Origin: Motiliproteus sp.
GTDB lineage: Bacteria; Pseudomonadota; Gammaproteobacteria; Pseudomonadales; Balneatricaceae
Direction: 5' to 3'
NCBI GenBank assembly: GCA_048265065.1
Contig: JBLXCH010000004.1
Span: 12,886 to 76,885 of the forward strand
Length of the DNA stretch: 64,000 bases
Part shown: positions 19,106 through 27,976 of the stretch, piece by piece
Numbering within the stretch: position 1 is the first letter of the stretch
Layout of the letters: each line of letters starts with the position of its first letter
Translations under genes and position numbers: made by a program
Notes under the pieces: generated by a model
The model's input: the letters and a program-made list of their open reading frames with translations, nothing else
The model's database searches: none
What the model was told of the DNA's origin: nothing

Positions 19106-20487
19106 GCGGATCTCCCGTTAGTTGGTGCAGGTTCAATAGGTTTTAGGATAGCATCGGTTTCTTCAAACTCTTCTACCTCAACCGCTGTGCGTGACAACAC
19201 CAGAAGTGTATGGAGATAAGCCACAATAAGTCCGGCATACAGTAGCAAATACAGACTAAGTGAGATTGCAACGTTGCTGCTTGGTACTTGAGTTACTGCG
19301 TCACTGGTGCGCAATACACCGTAGACTAAAAATGGTTGTCGACCGATTTCTGTGACGTACCAACCTGCTAGCGTTGCGATCCAGCCAGAAAAAGTCATTC
19401 CGATCAAGATGTTTAAACCCAGCGGAGGAATTTCTCCTTTACGCCATAATTGGAAGCATGACCACCATGCTACTAATAGCATTAGCATGCCCATGCCTAC
19501 CATGATGCGGAATCCCCAAAATAAGGGAGCGACTGGGGGGCGATCACCTTCAAACTCCGTGACGCCTTTTATCTCACCTTCAATATCATGAGTGAGAATT
19601 AAACTTGCTACACCGGGCAAACCCACTGCGAACTTATTAGTTTGTGTTTCTTCATCTGGCAAGGCGAAGAGGAGGAGTGGAGCCCCCTTTTCTGTATGCC
19701 ACACCCCTTCAATCGCAGCGATTTTTTGAGGCTGGTGTTCCAATGTGTTTAGGCCGTGCATATCGCCGACAAAAATTTGGATAGGAATCAAAATTGCCGC
19801 CATAACCACACCGGTTTTTAAGGCAACGCGAGGGGCTTTTTTAGTGTCGCCTTTTTTAATTCGATAAGCTGACAAGCCCGCGACTAGAAACGAGGCGGTT
19901 AAGCCTGATGCAAGCAAAACATGGAATAGGCGATATGGCATAGAAGGGTTGAAGATAATCTCAAACCAGTCAACGGGGAAAGCGACACCATCACGCATTT
20001 CAAAACCAGTCGGTGTGTGCATCCACGAATTCAATGAGATGATCCAAAAAGCAGAGAGGGTGGTGCCTAATGCTACTAGTAGCGTTGATAGTGTGTGGAG
20101 CCAATTGGGGACGCGTTGGCTGCCAAACAGCATGATTCCAAGGAATGTCGCTTCAAGAAAAAAAGCCGTTAACACTTCGTAGCCCAATAATGGCCCTGCA
20201 ATGTTTCCTACCGTTTCCATAAAGCCTGGCCAGTTAGTACCAAACTGGAACGACATCGTGATGCCGCTAACCACACCTAAGGCAAATGTCAGAGCGAATA
20301 CCTTGACCCAAAAACGATACGCTCGCATCCATACAGGATGACCTGAAAAATCAGAACGAATTTTGAAATAACAGAGAATCCAACACATCGCGATGGAAAT
20401 AGTTGGGAACAAAATATGAAAGCTAATGTTTGCCGCAAATTGTATGCGTGACAATGCTAGCGTATCAGGTAAAACGGTTTCTAACAT
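19102..20487 (-). CDS. cydA: Cytochrome bd (CIO-type, short Q-loop) oxidase subunit I
   Basis: SRIQFA...FHILFP, FQFGTNW, FFLEATF, QPQKIAAIEG, GWYVTEIGRQP. Confidence 0.96.
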   Translation of the reverse strand: MLETVLPDTLALSRIQFAANISFHILFPTISIAMCWILCYFKIRSDFSGHPVWMRAYRFWVKVFALTFALGVVSGITMSFQFGTNWPGFMETVGNIAGPLLGYEVLTAFFLEATFLGIMLFGSQRVPNWLHTLSTLLVALGTTLSAFWIISLNSWMHTPTGFEMRDGVAFPVDWFEIIFNPSMPYRLFHVLLASGLTASFLVAGLSAYRIKKGDTKKAPRVALKTGVVMAAILIPIQIFVGDMHGLNTLEHQPQKIAAIEGVWHTEKGAPLLLFALPDEETQTNKFAVGLPGVASLILTHDIEGEIKGVTEFEGDRPPVAPLFWGFRIMVGMGMLMLLVAWWSCFQLWRKGEIPPLGLNILIGMTFSGWIATLAGWYVTEIGRQPFLVYGVLRTSDAVTQVPSSNVAISLSLYLLLYAGLIVAYLHTLLVLSRTAVEVEEFEETDAILKPIEPAPTNGRSA

Positions 20488-20562
20488 ATTTGCCTCCTGT
20501 AGAGAGCAATGCTGCTGTTAGCCAGTGTGGCTATTGTTAGTCGCTATCAAATTACAATAGCG

Positions 20563-21120
20563 TTACTTCTGAGAAGAGCCAGTGCTTAACAATTTATCTT
20601 TCATATCGAGCACTTTGCCGACGCCAGAACCGAGCCTCATTAATGTCGTTAGACGCTCTTGATCCATGCGTTGTAATTCGCTGCACCAGAACGTTACGTT
20701 CTCAAGTAAATCATGGATTTCTTTCATTTGTTCTTGGGCGTAAGCATCTTGTTCGTTTGATGGCGAATCCATGATTACACCTCTTAATAACGAAAGCGTT
20801 GGGTCAACTTCACGCTTACGACGTTCTTCGAATACTTTAGCGGCCATATCCCAAATAGAACCTGCGGCAGAGAAGTATTCTTTTCTATCACCGGCAAAGT
20901 GTTGTACTTGAATTAGTTGCCAAGATTGAAGCTCTTTTATCGCCATGCTGACATTACCTCGTGATATACAAAGCGCTTCTGCAATATCGACAGCAGGGAG
21001 AGGTTTTTCGTTCATTACCAGCAGGGCGTAGATTTGCCCAACCGTGCGGTTAAAGCCCCATTTGCTGCCCATCTCGCCAAAGTGACGGACAAAGCTCTCA
21101 ATCATTGGTGTCATTGTCAT
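20563..21120 (-). CDS. GbsR/MarR-family regulator (CydE-like)
   Basis: FVRHFGEMGSKWGFNRTVGQIYALL, SRGNVSMAIKEL, DRKEYF; directly upstream of cydA. Confidence 0.9.
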   Translation of the reverse strand: MTMTPMIESFVRHFGEMGSKWGFNRTVGQIYALLVMNEKPLPAVDIAEALCISRGNVSMAIKELQSWQLIQVQHFAGDRKEYFSAAGSIWDMAAKVFEERRKREVDPTLSLLRGVIMDSPSNEQDAYAQEQMKEIHDLLENVTFWCSELQRMDQERLTTLMRLGSGVGKVLDMKDKLLSTGSSQK

Positions 21121-21139
21121 AGGATAATTTTTACTGAAT

Positions 21140-21185
21140 TTTCAGAAATTTCTGAAACTTTAGAAGAAATGTTGCTTTTATGCAA
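21140..21185 (-). promoter_or_regulatory. Sigma70 promoter of the regulator-cydAB operon with a perfect 18-bp palindromic operator
   Basis: Minus strand TTGCAT-N17-TAAAGT; TTTCAGAAATTTCTGAAA at 21140-21157 over the start region. Confidence 0.75.
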
Positions 21186-21325
21186 GTACTAAGAAGGTTT
21201 AATAAAGGTCGTTGGGGCAGTACTAGTTATGCGATCGATCGTTGATCGTTCGTCGTTTACTTCACGATACACGGGTTCCGACCTTCGTCTCCTGCGCGGC
21301 AAGCAAGAATTAGCTTTGCTAAGAA

Positions 21326-21526
21326 TTAAGCGCTGGACTTATTAAAGCGTTTCAAGTGACTCGCATACTCAAAACCTGCCGTTTTTAATCGACTCTGCAG
21401 GGCTTCCCGATCTAGGTCCATGCCGAGACAGAGATCGTCTAGGTCAGCGAAGTCATTGCGCAGTTTCATGTTGACGATACTGAAAAGTAGATTGATATCC
21501 ATGGTTTCCATGTTGTTTATACTCAT
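21326..21526 (-). CDS. DUF4250 family small protein
   Basis: MD..LLFSIVNMKLRN.F..LDDLC. Confidence 0.85.
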   Translation of the reverse strand: MSINNMETMDINLLFSIVNMKLRNDFADLDDLCLGMDLDREALQSRLKTAGFEYASHLKRFNKSSA

Positions 21527-21726
21527 GCCGTAACGCCTCCTTCGATCTGTTTTGTGCGGTTTTCAAAGCCCTTCCATACTTTCTCATGAAAGTAGAAAGC
21601 GACTGTATTTATCGCGGGTTCAATTAGCGCTACGGTACCACCAATAATTAAGCTTCCGGTTAAAACGTAGGCCACAGTGAAGGCTACGGAAAAGTGCATA
21701 ATGGCAAAGGTAATAGTTTTGGTCAT
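21523..21726 (-). CDS. DUF2061 family small membrane protein
   Basis: KTITFAIMHFSVAFTVAY.LTGS...ALIEP.INTVAFYFHEKVW. Confidence 0.88.
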   Translation of the reverse strand: MTKTITFAIMHFSVAFTVAYVLTGSLIIGGTVALIEPAINTVAFYFHEKVWKGFENRTKQIEGGVTA

Positions 21727-22044
21727 GATGAACTCCTCGGTAATTTATAGTCTTTAATAGATAGTAATGATTCTTATTATCTTTTTTAAGTAAAATAAAT
21801 CACTTGAGCTAATAGTTTTCTACTATGGGCTAATGGGGGCTTAATCAGAGAAGGGAAAGTGCACGCTATAGCAGCTAAATACATCGTATGCCCCGTGCTG
21901 GTAGACGGATAGATAGTCTTCTTTCGTTAAATATATTTAATTGTGTGTTATATATAACAAATTAATCAGAGACGTTTTTAGGCATTTGCTTCCGAACGAC
22001 TATCATTCATAAAAATAATAAACACGCAGAGTGGTATTTGGTCT

Positions 22045-22995
22045 GTGAATATCGACCGTATTGATCTCAATTTACTAGTGTACTTTGATGTTTTGCTGAA
22101 GGAACGCAGTGTTACGCGCGCAGCAAATCAGTTAGGTATTAGTCAGCCGGCCATGAGTAACGGCCTGCGACGCCTCCGTACATTATTGGAAGACCCGTTG
22201 CTGGTGCGAACCAGTGAAGGGATGACGCCAACGGAGCGAGCTGTGGAGTTACAGCCGCTAGTGCATGACGCTCTGTCTCGGCTAGAAAAAGCCCTGCAGC
22301 CGCATTCACCTTTTGAAGCTTGTGATTCTGATAGTGTCTTCCGCATTGTGGCGAGTGATTACGCAGAATCGACCCTCTTACCTAAAGTACTGCGTGAGCT
22401 TCGTACGGTGGCTCCGCATATCACGTTGGATATCATCACCCCGAGCGACGTTGAGTTTGCCGATGTAGAGCAAGGTAAGGTCGATATGGTTATCAACCGT
22501 TTTGACACAATTCCTCAATCGTTTCACCAAAAAACACTGTGGGTAGATAGTTTCTCTTGTATTCTCAGTGCTGATAATGCGATTAAGGGAGAGTTCAATC
22601 TTGAGTCCTATCTAGCTTCTGATCATGTGTGGGTCAGCAAGACCGGGTGGGGCATTAGCGTTGGTATTAATCCGAAGGATGTGCAGCGGCTGGGTTGGGT
22701 CGATGAAGCCTTAATTAAAATGGGTAAAAAGCGCCGTATTCGCGTGTTCACACGACATTATCAAACCGCTACGATTATGGCTGAACAGAAAGATTTAATT
22801 GTCACCATCCCAACTCGTGCTGCTCAATTACAGTCCTTAAACCCTAATGTGGTGATCCTTCCCCCGCCTTTTGTGATCCCGCCGATCGAGTTAAAAATGG
22901 CGTGGAGCCCTTTGCTGCAACATAACCCTGGACACCAATGGTTGCGCCGTTTGATTGCTCAGGTTGCGGAAGATAACCAGCGCATCATCGAATAG
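22045..22995 (+). CDS. LysR-family transcriptional regulator
   Basis: IDLNLLVYFDVLLKERSVTRAA..LGISQPAMS..LRRLR HTH plus substrate-binding domain. Confidence 0.96.
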   Translation: MNIDRIDLNLLVYFDVLLKERSVTRAANQLGISQPAMSNGLRRLRTLLEDPLLVRTSEGMTPTERAVELQPLVHDALSRLEKALQPHSPFEACDSDSVFRIVASDYAESTLLPKVLRELRTVAPHITLDIITPSDVEFADVEQGKVDMVINRFDTIPQSFHQKTLWVDSFSCILSADNAIKGEFNLESYLASDHVWVSKTGWGISVGINPKDVQRLGWVDEALIKMGKKRRIRVFTRHYQTATIMAEQKDLIVTIPTRAAQLQSLNPNVVILPPPFVIPPIELKMAWSPLLQHNPGHQWLRRLIAQVAEDNQRIIE

Positions 22996-23237
22996 GCTTC
23001 TTGTACCACTTAAAGTTTGTTTTCTAACCTTATGTTTAAAAAGTTATCTACAGCCTTTCACTATTCATTGCCTGAATGGTAGGTATAAGGCTTTTGAATT
23101 ACCTAAGGCGCTCAGAGCCACTTACTATACCTCTGTAACTAAGGGGTCTTTAATCTGTAATACGGACTATTGTTTAGCCCCTTCTTAGAAACATGACTCA
23201 ATAATAATAAGAGTTACATAGCATAGAGGGTGGCAAG

Positions 23238-25418
23238 GTGACTGTACTTACTCAAATTGGTGGAATACGCGTTTCCAGTGAGTTGTATGATTTTATTAAT
23301 GAGGACGTGCTACCAGGAACGGGTATTGATCAATACTCATTTTGGGTGGGCTTTGCCAAAATAATTACCGATTTCACCCCGCGAAATCAGACGCTTTTAG
23401 AGAAACGTCAGCACTTGCAGGAGCAGATTAACCATTGGCATAAGGCTAACGGTGCAGGCGTTTTCAGCGAATACAAAGCATTCTTAAAAGACATCGGCTA
23501 TCTAGTTGAGTCGGGTGATGATTTTCTTGTTGGCACACAACATATTGACCCCGAAGTCGCAATTCAAGCGGGCCCACAGTTGGTGGTTCCCCTGACTAAT
23601 GCACGTTTTGCGTTGAATGCAGCGAATGCCCGCTGGGGAAGCCTATATGATGCACTATACGGCAGTGATGCCATTCCTCTTACCGGTGATTACCAACGAT
23701 CGAAAACCTTTAACCTTGTCCGAGGTGAGCGAGTTGCTGCGCTAGGTCGACAGTTTTTGGATGAACATTTCCCGCTGGCCACTGGTTCTCATGCGGGAAC
23801 TACTGGGTATGTCATTCGTGATGGGGAACTCAGCGCATTATTTAGTGATGATAATGATAGCGGCTTGCAGGATCCTTCCCAGTTGGTCGGTTTTCAAGGT
23901 GAGGCCGAAGCGCCTACAGCAGTATTGCTTAAACACAACCACCTGCATGTTGAAGTTCAGTTTGATAAAACCTGCCAAATGGGCAGTAATGATCGAGCTG
24001 GGATTAACGATATCGTGTTGGAAGCTGCATTAACCACCATCATCGATTTGGAAGACTCAATTGCTGCTGTTGATGCTGCGGATAAAGTTTTTGCGTATCG
24101 AAACTGGCTTGGTTTGATGAAAGGCAATTTAGAAGCGACCTTTACCAAAAATGGTAAGTCGCAATCTCGTTCACTTGCTGCAGACCGTCATTACCTTACT
24201 GGAAATGGCGAGAAAATATCACTTAAAGGACGCTCATTACTATTTATTCGTAATGTCGGATTGCTGATGAAGAACCCTGCGGTTCTGGATGAGGCTGGCG
24301 GTGAAGTCTATGAAGGTATCATGGATGCGGTGATTACCAGTCTGATTGCTATGCATGACCTGAAAGGCCATGGTCGCATTCAAGGGCAGCCTATTCGTAA
24401 CTCGGAAGCAGGCAGTATCTATATTGTTAAGCCAAAGCTGCATGGGCCTGAAGAAACCGCGTTCACTTGTGATCTGTTTACTCGTGTTGAGGGGCTTTTA
24501 GGCTTGCCGGTTAATACACTTAAAATCGGTATTATGGACGAAGAACGCCGTACGTCGGTAAACCTCCAGCCTTGTATTGCCGCTGCAAAAGACAGAGTCG
24601 CCTTTATCAATACCGGGTTTCTAGATCGTACCGGTGATGAAATTCACACCAGTATGTATGCGGGTGCGTTCGCCACTAAAAATCAACTGAAGTTGATGCC
24701 GTGGATCGATGCTTATGAAGATCGAAATGTTGATGTTGGCTTGAAATGTGGTCTCCAAGGGAAAGCGCAAATAGGTAAAGGAATGTGGGCTATGCCGGAC
24801 AACATGGCCGACATGATGGCAGCAAAAATAGCTCACCCTCAAGCAGGAGCCAATACCGCCTGGGTGCCTTCACCCACTGCGGCGACCTTACATGCCATGC
24901 ATTACCACGAGGTTGATGTTATCAGTGTGCAGCAAGGCTTACTTAATCGCCCGCTAGCCAGTGTCGATACTATATTAGAAATACCTTTACTCGGTGAGCA
25001 GCCGCTAACCGATGAAGAAATTCGTCTTGAATTAGATAACAACTGCCAAGGTATTTTGGGCTACGTAGTACGTTGGATCGATCAGGGTGTTGGCTGTTCG
25101 AAAGTGCCGAATATCAACGATGTTGGCTTGATGGAAGACCGCGCTACCTTGCGGATTTCTAACCAGCATATAGCCAACTGGTTACTGCATGGCGTTTGCA
25201 CTGAAGCTCAGGTTGTCGATAGCTTACAACGTATGGCAGCTGTGGTTGACCAACAAAATGCGGAGGACACAGACTACGTTCCAATGGCGCCAAGTTATCA
25301 AGGCCGAGCATTTCAAGCAGCCAGTGATTTGATTTTTAAAGGCGCAGACCAACCCAATGGCTATACCGAACCGTTACTGCATGGGCACCGTCTAGCCGTT
25401 AAAGCAAATAAGTTATAG
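23238..25418 (+). CDS. glcB: Malate synthase G
   Basis: AGPQLVVP, ALNAANARWGSLYDALYG, RSLLFIRNVG, IYIVKPKLHG, FINTGFLDRTGDEIHT, LMEDRATLRIS. Confidence 0.98.
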   Translation: MTVLTQIGGIRVSSELYDFINEDVLPGTGIDQYSFWVGFAKIITDFTPRNQTLLEKRQHLQEQINHWHKANGAGVFSEYKAFLKDIGYLVESGDDFLVGTQHIDPEVAIQAGPQLVVPLTNARFALNAANARWGSLYDALYGSDAIPLTGDYQRSKTFNLVRGERVAALGRQFLDEHFPLATGSHAGTTGYVIRDGELSALFSDDNDSGLQDPSQLVGFQGEAEAPTAVLLKHNHLHVEVQFDKTCQMGSNDRAGINDIVLEAALTTIIDLEDSIAAVDAADKVFAYRNWLGLMKGNLEATFTKNGKSQSRSLAADRHYLTGNGEKISLKGRSLLFIRNVGLLMKNPAVLDEAGGEVYEGIMDAVITSLIAMHDLKGHGRIQGQPIRNSEAGSIYIVKPKLHGPEETAFTCDLFTRVEGLLGLPVNTLKIGIMDEERRTSVNLQPCIAAAKDRVAFINTGFLDRTGDEIHTSMYAGAFATKNQLKLMPWIDAYEDRNVDVGLKCGLQGKAQIGKGMWAMPDNMADMMAAKIAHPQAGANTAWVPSPTAATLHAMHYHEVDVISVQQGLLNRPLASVDTILEIPLLGEQPLTDEEIRLELDNNCQGILGYVVRWIDQGVGCSKVPNINDVGLMEDRATLRISNQHIANWLLHGVCTEAQVVDSLQRMAAVVDQQNAEDTDYVPMAPSYQGRAFQAASDLIFKGADQPNGYTEPLLHGHRLAVKANKL

Positions 25419-25496
25419 CTGGAGCTCAGTTGGGCGATTAGCAATCAAGCGACTAGTCGATAGTCAGACTGAAGTCGTTTGAGTCCAGTTGTTAGC

Positions 25497-25570
25497 AATA
25501 GGTAATAGGTAATAGGTAATAGAAGTAAGAAGTAGCAGTAGAAATAAGTAGCAGTAGAAATAAGCAGTAA
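25497..25570. repeat. Drifting microsatellite: (AATAGGT)x3 then (AGCAGTAGAAATAAG[T/C])x2
   Basis: Direct reading of 25497-25565, with degenerate flanks. Confidence 0.85.
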
Positions 25571-25631
25571 GCGATTAGAAGTTCAGGGCTAGCAGTTGAG
25601 CGCCTGCTAAATAGGCCCGCCTTTTTTACCC

Positions 25632-25669
25632 AAGCCTTTAACCAATATTGGTTAAAGGCTTTTTTTTTT
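25632..25669 (+). terminator. Strong intrinsic terminator of glcB
   Basis: Perfect 30-bp palindrome AAGCCTTTAACCAATATTGGTTAAAGGCTT followed by T-run. Confidence 0.92.
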
Positions 25670-25759
25670 GCTCATTCCTAGTGCGTTAGCATTAGCTGCT
25701 GTTTGGCAATGGTGCGCCTCAAATGGACGTAAGGGGCTTTCTTTAGGATGAATTCTAAC

Positions 25760-25772
25760 CAATCAATTGATT
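25760..25772 (-). promoter_or_regulatory. IHF-binding consensus
   Basis: Minus strand AATCAATTGATTG matches WATCAANNNNTTR, just upstream of the sigma54 site. Confidence 0.6.
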
Positions 25773-25791
25773 TCCATTGTTTTTTTTAACA

Positions 25792-25807
25792 TGGTACTTT
25801 ATTTGCT
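25792..25807 (+). promoter_or_regulatory. Sigma54 (-24/-12) promoter
   Basis: TGGTACTTTATTTGCT: GG and GC at the canonical spacing. Confidence 0.75.
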
Positions 25808-25859
25808 AAATCTTGTTGTCTGTACCCTTGATTGATAGGACAGCAACAATTTGTAAATA

Positions 25860-25982
25860 GAAAGCTAGGGTTCCGGTCAACGAGTGGTTATTTTGACTCG
25901 TTTGATGTCTGGTCCGAGAGCTTTCGACCTACCCCTTTCAGTGAAAGGCATGGGTTACACGGCGGGATAAAAGCCCGGGAGA
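25860..25982 (+). ncRNA. Guanidine-I (ykkC-yxkD) riboswitch
   Basis: GAAAGC-TAGGGTTCCG...CTGGTCCGAGA-GCTTTC P1; CGAC...ACACGGCGGGATAAAAGCCCGGGAG conserved 3' tail. Confidence 0.95.
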
Positions 25983-26042
25983 CTAGCTTGGCCACACAGC
26001 CAAGGGTACTCCGTGTAACTGAATGTAACTGAGAGGTTCCTC

Positions 26043-27083
26043 ATGAAACGCATATTAGCCTTAGCGCTTGCTCTTTCCTTTAGCTCCCTTTCTCATGCTG
26101 GCGACAGTTTTAAAGTTTGTTGGTCTATTTATGTCGGTTGGATGCCGTGGGCCTATGGTGCCGAACAAGGCATCGTTAAGAAATGGGGCGATAAGTACGG
26201 TATCGACATTGAAGTCGTACAAATCAACGATTACATCGAATCGATCAATCAATATTCTGCAGGCGAATTTGCTGCTTGCACGATGACTAATATGGATGCG
26301 TTAACTATTCCTGCGGCTGGGGGTGTAGATAGTACTGCATTGGTCGTTGGTGATTTTTCCAATGGTAACGATGGCGTTGTTCTTAAAGGTAAAAGCTCGT
26401 TGGCAGACATCAAAGGCCAAAACGTTAACTTGGTGGAGTTGAGTGTTTCCCATTATTTGTTAGCTCGCGGTTTAGAAACTGTTGGTCTGTCTGAGAAAGA
26501 TCTAACCGTAGTTAATACATCCGATGCTGACATGGTAGCCGTTTATGGTACGGATGATGTGACGGCGGTTTCAACGTGGAATCCATTGCTTAGCGAAATC
26601 GAGTCAATGCCTAACAGCACTAAGGTGTTTGATTCTTCACAAATTCCCGGTGAGATTATCGACTTACTCGTTATTAACACCAAAACCCTCGAAGAAAACC
26701 CTGATCTTGGTAAAGCTCTTGTCGGCGCATGGTATGAGATTATGGGCTTGATGGGTGGTACGGATGAAGCTGCGACTGCTGCGAAAACCTACATGGCGGA
26801 AGCCTCAGGCACTGATCTTGCTGGTTATGAAGCACAGCTTGCCAGTACAGAAATGTTTTATACCCCAGCAGAAGCATTAGCACTGACTAATAGCAAAGAC
26901 CTGCTAACCACTATGGAAAATGTCGCTAAGTTCTCGTTCAAACATGGTTTGTTAGGTGACGGCGCACCGGATGCAGGTTTCATTGGGATTGAAATGCCAT
27001 CGGGTACTTTCGGTGACGTGAGCAATATCAAACTTCGTTTTGATCCGACTTATATGCAGTTAGCTGAAGACGGCGCGCTCTAA
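26043..27083 (+). CDS. ABC transporter substrate-binding protein, urea carboxylase-associated family (likely guanidine)
   Basis: Signal peptide; WSIYVGWMPW, NDYIESINQY, TMTNMDAL, IPGEIIDL; riboswitch context. Confidence 0.9.
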   Translation: MKRILALALALSFSSLSHAGDSFKVCWSIYVGWMPWAYGAEQGIVKKWGDKYGIDIEVVQINDYIESINQYSAGEFAACTMTNMDALTIPAAGGVDSTALVVGDFSNGNDGVVLKGKSSLADIKGQNVNLVELSVSHYLLARGLETVGLSEKDLTVVNTSDADMVAVYGTDDVTAVSTWNPLLSEIESMPNSTKVFDSSQIPGEIIDLLVINTKTLEENPDLGKALVGAWYEIMGLMGGTDEAATAAKTYMAEASGTDLAGYEAQLASTEMFYTPAEALALTNSKDLLTTMENVAKFSFKHGLLGDGAPDAGFIGIEMPSGTFGDVSNIKLRFDPTYMQLAEDGAL

Positions 27084-27154
27084 GGTTAATTCAATCAGTA
27101 GATTGAGTTGATGCTCTGCGCATCATTTTCAAACAGACTATAGAGAAGGCGCTG

Positions 27155-27976
27155 ATGACAAAGTTGATCAATCGCGTACCGAGCCGGTCCACCGCGTGGT
27201 TTTTAGGATTATTACCTTTTGTGCTACTGATCGTTTTATATATGGTCGGTTCCGATGCTCGCCTTGAGGTAAATCCTAACGACAAACTGTTGCCGAGCTT
27301 TAGCCAAATTGCGGCAGGCTGGGAACGTATGGCGCTTATCCCTAGCAAGCGCACCGGTGATTATCCGTTTTGGCAAGATACTGCCAGCAGCTTGAGCCGG
27401 TTAGGCATGGGGGTGCTGATTGCCGCTGTAGTCGGACTGTTGCTCGGCATGGTTACGGGTGCATTGCCACTTTTCTCAGCGTCACTTTCACCGTTGCTCA
27501 CGGTGGTTTCGTTAATTCCCCCATTGGCTGTATTGCCAGTCTTGTTCATCGTCTTCGGTTTAGGTGAGTTATCAAAAGTGATGTTAATTGCGATTGGTAT
27601 CACGCCTTTTATTGCCCGTGATATTCAGCGACGGACGGCAGAAATTCCTCCTGAACAGCTCGTTAAAGCACAAACTTTAGGGGCAAACACCTCGCAAATA
27701 ATGATCCGCGTGTTATTGCCGCAGGTTATGCCAAAACTGATTGATGCGGTGCGGCTTTCCCTCGGTGCGGGCTGGCTGTTTTTGATTGCTGCCGAAGCGG
27801 TCGCTGCCACGGATGGTCTGGGTTATCGCATCTTTTTAGTCAGACGTTATATGGCCATGGATGTCATTCTGCCTTATGTGTGCTGGATTACATTGCTGGC
27901 TTTTATCATTGATTTTAGTTTGCGGATCACCAGTAAAAAGCTGTTTCCATGGCATGCGCAAGGAGGTAAAGGATGA
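27155..27976 (+). CDS. ABC transporter permease (NitT/TauT type)
   Basis: NPNDKLLPS, IPPLAVLP, EQLVKAQTLGA, GLGYRIFLVRRYMAMD. Confidence 0.92.
   Translation: MTKLINRVPSRSTAWFLGLLPFVLLIVLYMVGSDARLEVNPNDKLLPSFSQIAAGWERMALIPSKRTGDYPFWQDTASSLSRLGMGVLIAAVVGLLLGMVTGALPLFSASLSPLLTVVSLIPPLAVLPVLFIVFGLGELSKVMLIAIGITPFIARDIQRRTAEIPPEQLVKAQTLGANTSQIMIRVLLPQVMPKLIDAVRLSLGAGWLFLIAAEAVAATDGLGYRIFLVRRYMAMDVILPYVCWITLLAFIIDFSLRITSKKLFPWHAQGGKG

Noticed and set aside
21233-21247. Three clustered GATC sites upstream of the cyd regulator promoter
   Set aside because: Best explained as a local micro-duplication; no evidence for Dam or a phase switch
25700-25730. Full NtrC binding site
   Set aside because: Only a half-site (TGGTGCG) fits TGCACC-N5-GGTGCA, so it is not listed as a feature
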